This document shows positions 23,120 through 33,212 of a stretch of 64,000 nt of DNA, piece after piece. The notes under the pieces are model-generated. The model was not told where the DNA came from, made no database searches, and saw only the letters and a list, made by a program, of their open reading frames with translations. The stretch's first letter is position 1, and each line of letters starts with the position of its first letter. The stretch is from the NCBI GenBank assembly GCA_019358915.1, contig JAHHIM010000006.1:1-64000 (forward strand), given 5' to 3'. The position numbers were made by a program, and so were the translations under genes. This DNA comes from Trichormus sp. ATA11-4-KO1 (lineage in GTDB: Bacteria; Cyanobacteriota; Cyanobacteriia; Cyanobacteriales; Nostocaceae).

Positions 23120-24127
23120 ATGACTGAAAAGCTTGACTTTACTGTAGCTATACCGACCTACAACGGTGCAAATCTTTTACCTGAGCTACTAGAACGACTG
23201 CGAAATCAACTTCACACTGAAAACTTTTCTTGGGAAATAATTATTGTAGATAATAACAGTACTGATAACACTGCTCAAGTTGTTAAAAGCTATCAAGAAA
23301 ATTGGCATTGTCCTTATCCTTTAAAGTATTGCTTTGAAACCCAGCAGGGAGCAGCTTATGCAAGAAATAAGGCTGTGGAAGTTGCTTCTGGTAAACTAAT
23401 AGGTTTTCTCGATGATGATAACTATCCAGCACCTACATGGGTAGCGGCAGCTTATACTTTTGGTGAACAACACCCATGCGTGGGAGCTTATGGAAGCCAA
23501 ATTCATGGTGAGTTAGAAGTTGAACCACCAGAAAATTTTGAAAAAATAGCTTGTTTTTTAGCCATTACTGAGCGTGGTACCGAACCTCATCAATACAAAC
23601 TACAAATGAAGATGCTGCCACCAGGAGCAGGTTTAGTAGTTCGCAAACAGGCATGGGAGACAACAGTTCCTAAAAATTTGGTTTTAAATCATAAAGGTAG
23701 AGAAGCTGGGTTAGCCAGTGAAGACTTAGAAGCTGTACTACATATTCAGTTGGGTGGTTGGGAAATTTGGTACAACCCAGAAATGCATGTGTACCATCAA
23801 ATTCCCGCATGGCGATTACAAAAAGAACACTTAATTAGTTTATTTCGTTGCGTTGGCTTAAGTAGGCATCACCTACGTATGCTAAGAACTCGACCTTGGC
23901 AAAGACCTCTGGCAAGTTTAGTATATTTGATTAATGATTTACGCAAAATCATACTACACTCGCTCAAATATCGAAGTGCTGTTAAAAGAGATTTAATTGT
24001 TGCTTGTGAATTTGAATTATTAGTTAGTAGTTTCTTAAGTCCATTTTTTTTGTTAAAAATAATATATTTAAACTCTTGGTTACTTGAACAAAAACTCATG
24101 ACTATACACACAGTCGGTGGAAATTAA
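23120..24127 (+). CDS. hpsE: GT2 glycosyltransferase, HpsE family
   Basis: FTVAIPTYNG, DNNSTD, FLDDDN (DxD) and SED motifs; hps context. Confidence 0.85.
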   Translation: MTEKLDFTVAIPTYNGANLLPELLERLRNQLHTENFSWEIIIVDNNSTDNTAQVVKSYQENWHCPYPLKYCFETQQGAAYARNKAVEVASGKLIGFLDDDNYPAPTWVAAAYTFGEQHPCVGAYGSQIHGELEVEPPENFEKIACFLAITERGTEPHQYKLQMKMLPPGAGLVVRKQAWETTVPKNLVLNHKGREAGLASEDLEAVLHIQLGGWEIWYNPEMHVYHQIPAWRLQKEHLISLFRCVGLSRHHLRMLRTRPWQRPLASLVYLINDLRKIILHSLKYRSAVKRDLIVACEFELLVSSFLSPFFLLKIIYLNSWLLEQKLMTIHTVGGN

Positions 24128-24128
24128 A

Positions 24129-25115
24129 ATGGAACAATCAATTAAAAATACATCTTTAGATTTTACTGTAGCTATCCCTACATATAATGGAGTAGAGCGC
24201 TTACCTAAAGTTTTAGATCAGCTTTTAAATCAGACTGGAGTAGAAAAAATTAATTGGGAAATCATTATTATTGATAATAATAGTTATGATCAAACTTCTG
24301 AGTTAATTCAGAATTATCAGAAAAGCCATAACACTGATTTTTCATTAAAGTATTTTCTGGAAACAAAGCAAGGAATTCCATTTGCACGTCATCGGGCTGT
24401 AAGCGAAGCTAGTGGCGAATTTATAGCATTTATAGATGATGATAACGTACCAGCAACTGATTGGGTTGTAGCAGCATATAATTTTGGTAAAGAGCATCCT
24501 GAAGCTGGTGCTTGGAGCGGTCAAATTCATGGTGAATATGAAGTTAAACCACCTCAAAACTTTAAAAAAATCCAATCTTTTTTAGCAATTAGAGAATATG
24601 GTTCTTCAACGCATTTATTTGATCCAGATAATCTAAGACTACCCCCTGGCGCGGGGCTTGTTGTTCGTAAGCAAGCATGGTGTGAATCCGTTCCAGCTAC
24701 GCCTGCTCTGCATGGAAAACTGCCGGGCTTATTTGTGCAAGGTGATGATTATGAGGCATTACTTTATATACACAAGGCAGGCTGGAAAATTTTGTATAAT
24801 CCTGCCATGCATATTTATCATCAAATACCACATTGGCGATTTGAGAGAGATTACTTAATAACATTAGCTCGTGGCTGTGGACTTTGTGTTTTTCAGTTAC
24901 GCTTAGTCAATGCTAAAAACTGGCAAAAACCAATACTTTTTATTAAAACTATTTTGGGAAATTTACGTCGAGTATTACAACATTTAATTAAAAATAAAAT
25001 TAATTTTAGCAATGATATAATTTTAACTTTTGAAATGCAGTTTTATTTGGCTAGTATGATGAGTCCTTTTTATTGTTTAAAATGTTGGATTAATAGCTTT
25101 TATTTAAAAAATTAA
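24129..25115 (+). CDS. GT2 glycosyltransferase, second HpsE-family paralog (hpsF/G-like)
   Basis: Shares LDFTVAIPTYNG, FIDDDN and LPPGAGLVVRKQAW with the upstream gene. ATG 24129 lies 1 nt after the upstream stop. Confidence 0.85.
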   Translation: MEQSIKNTSLDFTVAIPTYNGVERLPKVLDQLLNQTGVEKINWEIIIIDNNSYDQTSELIQNYQKSHNTDFSLKYFLETKQGIPFARHRAVSEASGEFIAFIDDDNVPATDWVVAAYNFGKEHPEAGAWSGQIHGEYEVKPPQNFKKIQSFLAIREYGSSTHLFDPDNLRLPPGAGLVVRKQAWCESVPATPALHGKLPGLFVQGDDYEALLYIHKAGWKILYNPAMHIYHQIPHWRFERDYLITLARGCGLCVFQLRLVNAKNWQKPILFIKTILGNLRRVLQHLIKNKINFSNDIILTFEMQFYLASMMSPFYCLKCWINSFYLKN

Positions 25116-25213
25116 AAGTTATGAAATATTAGAATTGAGTCATTTCATTGTAAAGATAGCTATCCAAAAAGCTTCAAGCTTTATCTGCCTATTTTGAATT
25201 AAACTTATTTCCG

Positions 25214-25858
25214 GTGCATTTACCATATCTACTGAATCCCAAAAATTTATTTAATCATCACGATGATAGTGGCTTCACGCTACTAGAGGTATTAGTCACT
25301 GTTGTATTAATTGGTATATTGGGCGGGTTAGCTGCACCCAGTTGGTTGAGTTTTGTGGATATTCAGCGCCTCAACACTGCCCAAGGTGAAGTATACAGTG
25401 CTATCCGTCAAGCTCAAAGCCAAGCCACTAAGGAAAAATCTACCTGGCAATTTAGCTTACGTGAACGAAACGGAATTGTACAGTGGACTGTTCATAAAGC
25501 AGAAGGGACTAATTTTCTTCCTGATGCTGTGAGAAATAATGATAGCTTATGGCATGGATTACATCCAAATATTCGCATTTATCAACAAAGAAACGACAAA
25601 GATAAATCCGAAACAACCTTACCTAAACAATCATCACAACCGATATGGCGAGTTCTATTTAACTATCAAGGTTGTCCTGTATACAAAGTTGAAGATGAAT
25701 GTACCAATACATCATTAAGAACGCTAGGGCAAATAACGTTTTACGGTCAAAATAGTTCTAAAGCCCAGCGTTGTGTCTACATTTCTACGATTTTAGGGGC
25801 TATGCGAACAGGCAAAGATCATAAAAAAGCTAATAAAGACAGCAAGTATTGCTATTAA
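25214..25858 (+). CDS. Pseudopilin / minor pilin (HpsH by position)
   Basis: G|FTLLEVL...APSWLSF class III signal peptide. Confidence 0.8.
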   Translation: MHLPYLLNPKNLFNHHDDSGFTLLEVLVTVVLIGILGGLAAPSWLSFVDIQRLNTAQGEVYSAIRQAQSQATKEKSTWQFSLRERNGIVQWTVHKAEGTNFLPDAVRNNDSLWHGLHPNIRIYQQRNDKDKSETTLPKQSSQPIWRVLFNYQGCPVYKVEDECTNTSLRTLGQITFYGQNSSKAQRCVYISTILGAMRTGKDHKKANKDSKYCY

Positions 25859-25889
25859 GATATTTTAAGTTAATTACTTTAGGTATTCT

Positions 25890-26534
25890 GTGCTGAAATC
25901 ATTAGATATTGCCAAACAGCACTTGATTATTTTTACTCGCTACCCAGAACCAGGGACGACGAAAACCCGACTGATACCTGCTTTGGGTGCTGTTGGTGCT
26001 GCCAATCTGCAACGGCAGATGACAGAACATACAATATTTCAAGTTAAAGAATTGCAAAAAGCAACTAACATATCTTGGGAAGTGCGGTTTACAGGTGGCA
26101 ACTCGCAATTAATGCAAGATTGGCTAGGGTCAGATTTAGTTTACCAGTCTCAAGGTGAAGGTGATCTGGGTGAGAGAATGGCGCGATCGCTTTCTCATGC
26201 TTTTCAATCTGGTGCAGAACAAATAATCATTATTGGTACTGATTGCCCTGGGGTAAATTCGCAGATTCTTACTAAAGCCTTTGAAAAACTAGACACTTGT
26301 GATCTCATACTCGGTCCAGCGATTGACGGCGGTTATTATTTGATTGGATTGTGTCGCCTAATTCCGGAATTATTCGCTAATATCGACTGGGGAACCTCTC
26401 AAGTATTACAACAAACTGTGGATATTGCTGTGAAACTTCAGATATCAATTGCGTATTTACCTTATTTAGCTGATGTTGATCTTCCAGAGGATCTGCCGAT
26501 TTGGGAACAGACCCTGAAGAAAAAAGTTGGATAA
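25890..26534 (+). CDS. TIGR04282 / DUF2064 family transferase (HpsI by position)
   Basis: FTRYPEPGTTKTRL, QGEGDLGERM, IGTDCP, LGPAIDGGYYLIG and DVDLPEDL motifs. Confidence 0.88.
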   Translation: MLKSLDIAKQHLIIFTRYPEPGTTKTRLIPALGAVGAANLQRQMTEHTIFQVKELQKATNISWEVRFTGGNSQLMQDWLGSDLVYQSQGEGDLGERMARSLSHAFQSGAEQIIIIGTDCPGVNSQILTKAFEKLDTCDLILGPAIDGGYYLIGLCRLIPELFANIDWGTSQVLQQTVDIAVKLQISIAYLPYLADVDLPEDLPIWEQTLKKKVG

Positions 26535-26864
26535 TGGCAAGATGGTGAACAATTACTTAGTGTTCTCTAAAGACAGTCCACATCACACATGCTAACGTGG
26601 TGTAATTTACAACTTAAATAGCCTTCATGAACTGCGTACATCAGAACAGATAAAAACTCTTTGTGTCTTGGTGTCTTAGTGGTTCAAGATTTTTTTACCA
26701 CCAAGGTACAAAAACACCAAGTTTTTTCAAGCTAGGTACGTGACTTTTGTACTCACTATAAAAGGTAGATTTATGAAATAAGTTTCATACAACGGTTCTG
26801 GGAACAATATTCAAGTAACTTTAAATAGGATAAGCACTCTGATCTACCACCAATTTGAAAAACT

Positions 26865-27704
26865 ATGACTAATCGCTTTACTTCTGGGAACGCTGCCCTC
26901 ACGCTCAAGGTAGTGGGGATAATTTTAATTTTGTCCTTTTTACTTGATTTTTTAATTCTAATGTTGCCCTTCCAGCCTACTGATCGGAGCTGGCAAATCA
27001 ACTTGGCCACCGCATTAGTTGACAGGGGCATTGTGCCTTTGGTGGGTATAGGGATGCTGTTCGTCGGCTATTGGATTGATAGTGTCGGAGATAGCGATCG
27101 CCCAAAACCTCTAGATGTAAGATTTCCCATTCTGATACTATCTAGTATCTTAGGTTTGATTTTCTTACTAATTTTTCCTCTGCACCTCAATAATGTGCGA
27201 CAAGCTAGCGCTCAAACTGTAAATCAAATCGGCCAAGATGCCGAGCAAGCAGAAAACCAACTGAAAGGCCAGTTATCTCAATTCCAAGCCCAAATAAACA
27301 ACGAGCAGGGAAAAGCTCAACTAGAACAGCTGCGAAACCAAGCTAGAAGTCAGTTTAACGAGCTGCTCAAAGATGAGCAATCATATCAACGCGCACTGAA
27401 TAACCCTCAACTTCCCGCAGCTCAAAAAGAATTACTCAAAAAGTTTAAAGCCAATCCCCAAGAACTAGACAGCTTTATCGCCCAGCAAACAGACCCTCAG
27501 GCACTGGCAAACCAAAGATTGACCCAAATTCGCCAACGTCGAGAAGAAGCTCAAAAACAAGCTAGAGACAACGCTTGGAAGTCTGGACTGCGGATTGGTA
27601 TTAGCAGTCTGTTGTTATCTATTGGTTACATGATTATCGGCTGGACAGGATTACGAGGTATGGGTGCTTTACAAGGTGGCAAACGTAAAGTGGCTGCTCG
27701 TTAA
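26865..27704 (+). CDS. hpsJ: HpsJ-family membrane protein
   Basis: Three N-terminal TM segments with LVDRGIVPLVG, a Gln-rich coiled coil and a C-terminal TM; hps context. Confidence 0.8.
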   Translation: MTNRFTSGNAALTLKVVGIILILSFLLDFLILMLPFQPTDRSWQINLATALVDRGIVPLVGIGMLFVGYWIDSVGDSDRPKPLDVRFPILILSSILGLIFLLIFPLHLNNVRQASAQTVNQIGQDAEQAENQLKGQLSQFQAQINNEQGKAQLEQLRNQARSQFNELLKDEQSYQRALNNPQLPAAQKELLKKFKANPQELDSFIAQQTDPQALANQRLTQIRQRREEAQKQARDNAWKSGLRIGISSLLLSIGYMIIGWTGLRGMGALQGGKRKVAAR

Positions 27705-27802
27705 ATGGTAGTAGGGAATAGGGAATAGGGATTGAGAAAGTTCTTTACCCTTGTCCTCTGTCCCCTATCCCCTATATAGTAAATTTCTGATAAAACTTAA
27801 AA

Positions 27803-28705
27803 ATGCTGTCAATTTATATACTGACATATAACGAAGAGCTAGATATTGCTGCTTGTATCGAGTCGGCGATGCTATCGGATGACATCATTGTTGTAGACTC
27901 ATGCAGTAGCGATCGCACTGTAGAAATTGCTAGTCGCTATCCTGTTCGCACTGTCCAACACGCTTTTGAAAGCCACGGACGCCAACGCACCTGGATGCTG
28001 GAGTCTATTGCTCCGAAGTATGAATGGGTCTACATTCTCGAAGCCGATGAGCGCATGACACCAGAACTGTTTGCCGAATGTATACAGGCAACTCAGAATT
28101 CACACTACATCGGTTACTACGTAGCAGAACGTGTAATGTTCATGAATCGTTGGATTCGCCGTAGCACCCAATATCCCCGCTACCAACTACGCCTCTTCCG
28201 CCACGGTAAAGTTTGGTTTACAGATTATGGTCATACTGAACGAGAAGTTTGTGAAGGTGCTACCAGTTTCTTAAAGGAAACATACCCTCACTACACTTGT
28301 AGCAAAGGTCTAAGCCGTTGGATTGAAAAGCACAACCGTTATTCCACAGACGAAGCCAAAGAAACTTTGTATCAAATTGAACAAGGCAATATTAATTGGC
28401 GAGATTTGTTCGTGGGAAAGACAGAAGTCGAAAGACGCCGCGCCTTGAAAGATTTATCTTTACGTTTACCCGCCAGGCCGTTTCTTCGCTTTCTGTATAT
28501 GTATTTTATTTTGGGTGGCTGCCTAGATGGACGCGCTGGTATGGCTTGGTGTACATTACAGGCATTTTACGAATACCTGATTTTGCTGAAAGTTTGGGAA
28601 ATGAAATATATGCCTACACCCAGTTTAGCAAGAGGGATCTCTGAGGATGAGGAGAACCAAGCAGAAGTACATCATACTGCTTGCGAAGCCACAAAGAAAA
28701 TCTGA
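27803..28705 (+). CDS. GT2 glycosyltransferase (beta-1,4-glucosyltransferase-like; HpsK by position)
   Basis: ILTYNEE, VDSCSSDRT, EADE and KHNRYS motifs. Confidence 0.85.
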   Translation: MLSIYILTYNEELDIAACIESAMLSDDIIVVDSCSSDRTVEIASRYPVRTVQHAFESHGRQRTWMLESIAPKYEWVYILEADERMTPELFAECIQATQNSHYIGYYVAERVMFMNRWIRRSTQYPRYQLRLFRHGKVWFTDYGHTEREVCEGATSFLKETYPHYTCSKGLSRWIEKHNRYSTDEAKETLYQIEQGNINWRDLFVGKTEVERRRALKDLSLRLPARPFLRFLYMYFILGGCLDGRAGMAWCTLQAFYEYLILLKVWEMKYMPTPSLARGISEDEENQAEVHHTACEATKKI

Positions 28706-29182
28706 TGCAGTCTAGCATGGTCAATTTGCCGGAAAGACATGCTTGCCAAGCCATTTAGAGTTTCATAGAACCTGAGAAATTTTGGGAAGATATAATAGAT
28801 TAATATTCTTAACTAAGTTTTCAGAAAAATCACTCCTGCCTAGTTACAAGTTAGTAAACTGCTCAGAACCCTTATTTGGCTGTAATGTCATACTTGCATA
28901 ATTATAGGCAGCTTTTGATTGAGCGCGGTAGGATTAGTAATATCTAAGAGGCTTGCAACAATCATTTACAAGTCTGACAAAGAAAAGTAACATCCTCAAA
29001 GTCAAACCAAGCATTATCTTGGTTGGTACATGATTTATATGCACCTTTGTCGGAAAATACTTATTTTCTAGCCACAAGTGCATGTTTTCATAGCATTAGC
29101 CCAGATGCTGACAGTTTTGGGCAGTTGCCTGCGGTACAAAATGCCACAAGTAATGTCTTCGCAATTTGACAAATATGCTGGT

Positions 29183-29953
29183 ATGAATACTAATAACAAA
29201 AGTTCCAGTAGCCTAAAACAGGAGAATAAGGGCTTGGGAATTAATCACCTAAAACAGGATTTGAAGAATGACTTGATTGCTGGTTTACTGGTAGTGATTC
29301 CGTTAGCAACTACCATTTGGCTAACAATTACTATCGCCAATTGGGTAATCAACTTTCTGACCAAAATTCCCAAACAACTCAATCCCTTTGATGGTCTCCA
29401 CCCTATACTAGTAAATGTACTGAATCTAGCAGTAGGACTGGCTGTTCCTCTGCTAAGTATTCTAATAATAGGGTTGATGGCTCGCAATATAGCTGGGCGT
29501 TGGTTACTGGATTTTGGTGAACGAGTATTGCAGGCAATTCCTTTAGCTGGGCAGGTATACAAAACCCTGAAACAGCTTTTGGAAACACTACTAAAAGATT
29601 CAAACAACAAATTTCGCCGGGTAATTTTAGTAGAGTACCCCAGACGGGGAATGTGGGCGATCGCCTTCGTTACAGGTGCTATTAGTAGCGACATTCAAGC
29701 TCATATGTCCCGACCCATGTTGAGCATTTTCATTCCCACTACCCCGAATCCCACCACAGGATGGTATGCAATAGTTCCAGAGGATGAGGTCGTAAACTTG
29801 TCCATGCCGATAGAAGATGCCTTTAAAGTAGTAGTCTCTGGTGGGATTGTTGCCCCAAATATGCCTCTCCCTCCCTTAGTTATCTCCAAAGAACACAATC
29901 TAGAAGTACCACCCCTAGAAACAAAGCGCCCTATCCCCTTTGACGAAACTTAA
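29183..29953 (+). CDS. DUF502 membrane protein
   Basis: AGLLVVIPLATT, VEYPRRG and FIPTTPNPTTG motifs; upstream of nusB. ATG 29183 preferred. Confidence 0.85.
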   Translation: MNTNNKSSSSLKQENKGLGINHLKQDLKNDLIAGLLVVIPLATTIWLTITIANWVINFLTKIPKQLNPFDGLHPILVNVLNLAVGLAVPLLSILIIGLMARNIAGRWLLDFGERVLQAIPLAGQVYKTLKQLLETLLKDSNNKFRRVILVEYPRRGMWAIAFVTGAISSDIQAHMSRPMLSIFIPTTPNPTTGWYAIVPEDEVVNLSMPIEDAFKVVVSGGIVAPNMPLPPLVISKEHNLEVPPLETKRPIPFDET

Positions 29954-30006
29954 AATTATTCCAGCAAAGTTACAAGCAAATAGATAATATGGTTGTCTGA
30001 CAAAAA

Positions 30007-30163
30007 AGCAGAGGGGCGGAGGGGCAGAGGAGAAAAAAACTTAATATATATTGAGGTAACTCCAAAAATTAAATTACCACTATCCTGCATCCAAGACGAC
30101 CATAAAATTCTTCTCCCCCCTGCTCCCCTGCTTCCCTGCTCCCCTGCTCCCTGCTCCCCTGCC
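30007..30163. repeat. Inverted short tandem repeat arms (GCAGAGGG-type and CCCCTGCT-type)
   Basis: About six CCCCTGCT-type octamers at 30116-30163, loosely complementary to the purine arm at 30007-30032. Confidence 0.75.
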
Positions 30164-30210
30164 TCTTCTTGACTACCAACCCCTTAATTAGTGCTTAGGC
30201 ACTTACTTCC

Positions 30211-30840
30211 ATGCAAGACCGAAAACCCCAGCAAATTGCTCGTGAATTGGCACTGTTAAGTCTCAGCCAGTTGCCAGTTAACCCCAAAAAATTGACAGAA
30301 GAGCATCTGCCAAAATTAGTGCTAGCGACAGTACGCACCTTGAGATCAGAAGTGCAAGATACTTTAGATAACGCTACCGGTGAACTGCAACGCAGTAATG
30401 AACGCCTCTTAAATAGTCAAACTCGTGCTTCAGATTTAAATACTGCCAGAAATCTCCTTAAAGAAGCGATTGACTACACCCAAACAGCAATTAATCAACT
30501 TGGTGCAGCTGTGGAGTTTCCCGAATTGATTCAGCTAGCAAACCAGGACAAGGAAGTCGGTAGATATGCCATCCAACTTGTCAAACTAGTTAATGAACAT
30601 AAAACTATTATCGATGAACAAATTTCCTCTGCCTTAGTGGATTGGCAAGTCACTCGCTTAGCCCAAATCGACCGAGATATTTTGCGAATCGCTGTCGGAG
30701 AAATGAGGTTTTTAAACCTGCCAGACAGGGTAGCTATCAATGAAGCCGTGGAGCTAGCCAAACGCTACAGTGGAGATGAAGGTCATCGATTTATTAATGG
30801 CGTTCTGCGTCGAGTCACAGAGCAAAAAACCACCGCCTAG
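30211..30840 (+). CDS. nusB: Transcription antitermination factor NusB
   Basis: [25 protein letters not shown] and FINGVL motifs. Confidence 0.95.
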   Translation: MQDRKPQQIARELALLSLSQLPVNPKKLTEEHLPKLVLATVRTLRSEVQDTLDNATGELQRSNERLLNSQTRASDLNTARNLLKEAIDYTQTAINQLGAAVEFPELIQLANQDKEVGRYAIQLVKLVNEHKTIIDEQISSALVDWQVTRLAQIDRDILRIAVGEMRFLNLPDRVAINEAVELAKRYSGDEGHRFINGVLRRVTEQKTTA

Positions 30841-30900
30841 AATTTTATCCTTACTTCGTAACCGTTATGAGTGCTAAGTTTTGAATTGAGAGTGAGGAGG

Positions 30901-30943
30901 AGCCAGTTTTTTTACGGAGGTTCCCCCCGTTGAGCAAACTGGC
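30901..30943. repeat. ~43-nt hairpin dispersed element, copy 2 (intergenic)
   Basis: AGCCAGTTTTTTTACGGAGGTTCCCCCCGTTGAGCAAACTGGC. Confidence 0.7.
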
Positions 30944-31002
30944 ATTGAGAGGTGAGGATAACCCTCAGGTTTTCACCCAGGAAAAAGTTACGAGTTAACT
31001 TA

Positions 31003-31043
31003 AACTCATAACTTATAACTCATAACTTATAACTCATAACTCA
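31003..31043. repeat. Heptamer tandem repeat (STRR), AACT(C/T)AT about 6 copies
   Basis: Read directly from the sequence. Confidence 0.85.
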
Positions 31044-31067
31044 CATAACAACTAAAATTTAGCTGCA

Positions 31068-32720
31068 ATGGTTTTTAATTGGTTCCGTCGTCAATATAAC
31101 GATTCCTCTGACACCCCCTCTGAAAAAACACAGGGAGAAACTTCTCCAGCAAAAGAACCCCAACCAGAGTCAGCCGCAACCTCAACCCCAGCAGCAGAGA
31201 CTGCGCAAGACTCAACGGCAGATTTGTTGGCGTTTGCTAAAAATGCTTATAAAAATATCCAGCAAAAACAACAATCTCAAGTAGTTGAAACTGCACCTGA
31301 TGCAGCAGATGTTCAAGCACCATCAGAAAAACTTGAAACTGTAGAAACGACAACTGCGGTTATAGAAACTGCCGCACCTCTAGAAGCCGTGACTACGGTA
31401 AGTGAAGTCACAGAAACAGCAGCAGCCATTCAAGAGCCATCTAGTATAGATACCGAACTGGCAGAAATTGCCGCAGAGCCAGAAACTCTGAACCAAGAAT
31501 TAACAGTAAGTCAGATAGAATCGGCATCTATCGAAATATTACCTACACCAGAGTCAACAGCGCCGACCAATTTATCCTTCTTAGAACGAGCAGCAGCAGA
31601 ACGGCAAGCCAAGCAAGAACGGCTGATAGCCAGCGCCATTGAAGTACCAGAAACGCAAGTATTACAGCCAACCACTGCCACACCAGAAACAACTGAGGAA
31701 ATTGCCGGATTGGCTTTTGATGAAGGTTTTGTGTGGTCAGCAGAAGTCTTAGCAGCCCAAGGTAGACTACCTGAAGATGTTTCCATTGAGGAAATTACCT
31801 GGCTGAAGAAGCTCAGACAAGGGTTAGACAAAACCCGTCGTAACATCCTCAACCAACTCAAAGCCATTGTTGGGCAAGGGCCACTCAACCAAGCGGCTGT
31901 GGCAGAAATCGAGGCTGCGCTCCTGCAAGCTGATGTGGGTGTAGAAGCCACAGATTATATTATCAATGCCCTCCAGAAAAAACTGCTAGCAGAAGTCACC
32001 CCGCCAGAGGAAGCGATCGCCTACCTCAAACAAATCTTGCGGGATATGTTAGATGAGCCGTTGAAAAAATCCCCAAGCCCTAGTTTTACACCAGAAAAAG
32101 CAACTTTGAATATTTGGTTAATTACTGGGGTCAATGGGGCTGGGAAAACCACGACCATTGGTAAAATTTCTCACCTAGCTAAACAATCTGGTTATAAATG
32201 CTTGATTGGTGCAGCCGACACTTTTCGCGCTGCGGCTGTAGAACAGGTAAAGGTTTGGGGCACAAGAAGCGGTGTAGAAGTAATTGCCAATCCCGGTAAA
32301 AATACAGATCCGGCTGCCGTGGTATTTGATGCGATCGCCGCAGCTCAAGCACGAGAAACAGAATTACTGCTGATAGATACAGCCGGGCGTCTGCAAAACA
32401 AGAAAAACTTAATGGATGAACTCAGTAAAATTCGCCGAATCATTGACAAAAAAGCCCCTAATGCCAAAATAGAGTCGCTGTTGGTTTTAGATGCCACTTT
32501 AGGTCAAAATGGATTGCGGCAAGCTGAAGTCTTCTCTCAAGCAGCCCAACTCAGTGGTGTGGTCTTAACCAAACTAGATGGCACAGCTAAAGGCGGCGTT
32601 GCCCTTGCGGTTGTACAACAACTGGGTTTGCCCATTCGCTTTATTGGTGCTGGCGAAGGAATTGAAGATTTGCGGCCTTTTTCTAGCTATGAGTTTGTCG
32701 AAGCTCTATTGAGTGGCTAG
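31068..32720 (+). CDS. ftsY: Signal recognition particle receptor FtsY
   Basis: Acidic N-terminus; GVNGAGKTTT, DTFRAAA, DTAGR and TKLDGTAKGG motifs. Confidence 0.97.
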   Translation: MVFNWFRRQYNDSSDTPSEKTQGETSPAKEPQPESAATSTPAAETAQDSTADLLAFAKNAYKNIQQKQQSQVVETAPDAADVQAPSEKLETVETTTAVIETAAPLEAVTTVSEVTETAAAIQEPSSIDTELAEIAAEPETLNQELTVSQIESASIEILPTPESTAPTNLSFLERAAAERQAKQERLIASAIEVPETQVLQPTTATPETTEEIAGLAFDEGFVWSAEVLAAQGRLPEDVSIEEITWLKKLRQGLDKTRRNILNQLKAIVGQGPLNQAAVAEIEAALLQADVGVEATDYIINALQKKLLAEVTPPEEAIAYLKQILRDMLDEPLKKSPSPSFTPEKATLNIWLITGVNGAGKTTTIGKISHLAKQSGYKCLIGAADTFRAAAVEQVKVWGTRSGVEVIANPGKNTDPAAVVFDAIAAAQARETELLLIDTAGRLQNKKNLMDELSKIRRIIDKKAPNAKIESLLVLDATLGQNGLRQAEVFSQAAQLSGVVLTKLDGTAKGGVALAVVQQLGLPIRFIGAGEGIEDLRPFSSYEFVEALLSG

Positions 32721-33212
32721 TTGAAAAGTTTTTAGTTAAGATTTCTTCTGGGAAAGAGGAACAGGAAATAGAAAATTCTGTTCCCTGTGCCCTGTTCCCG
32801 ATCCTCTTCTTCGATGAGGTGATACCTTGACAGGGTTACACCTTAGTCTTATCAGTACCAGTGGGAGGTCTGAACACATCACAAAATTATTTTGTTGACA
32901 AAGGATTTTTTTAGGTTTAAAGATGTATGATTTGCTAATTAACTATGAAAAAATTAAAGGCTTTTTTTGGTTATGACAAAAATTGCTGATTTTTACCGAG
33001 TAGTTTTTGACTAAACAGACATTAATGAAAATTTTTCTATTTAGCCATAAATCTAATCAGCAAATGCAATACTCATATCCAGTTATGTCTTACGTCTTTT
33101 TACTCTTGCTAAAGTGGCAAATCTTGTCCCAATATGATTTAGCAATACCAAAAAAACAAAAGTTATAAGTAATCTAAGTCTGCCAATATCAAGTGCAATA
33201 ATACCTCTGCCT

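Noticed and set aside
32817..32846. Riboswitch or ncRNA between ftsY and the PP2C gene
   Set aside because: Only an imperfect hairpin, with no recognisable aptamer consensus.
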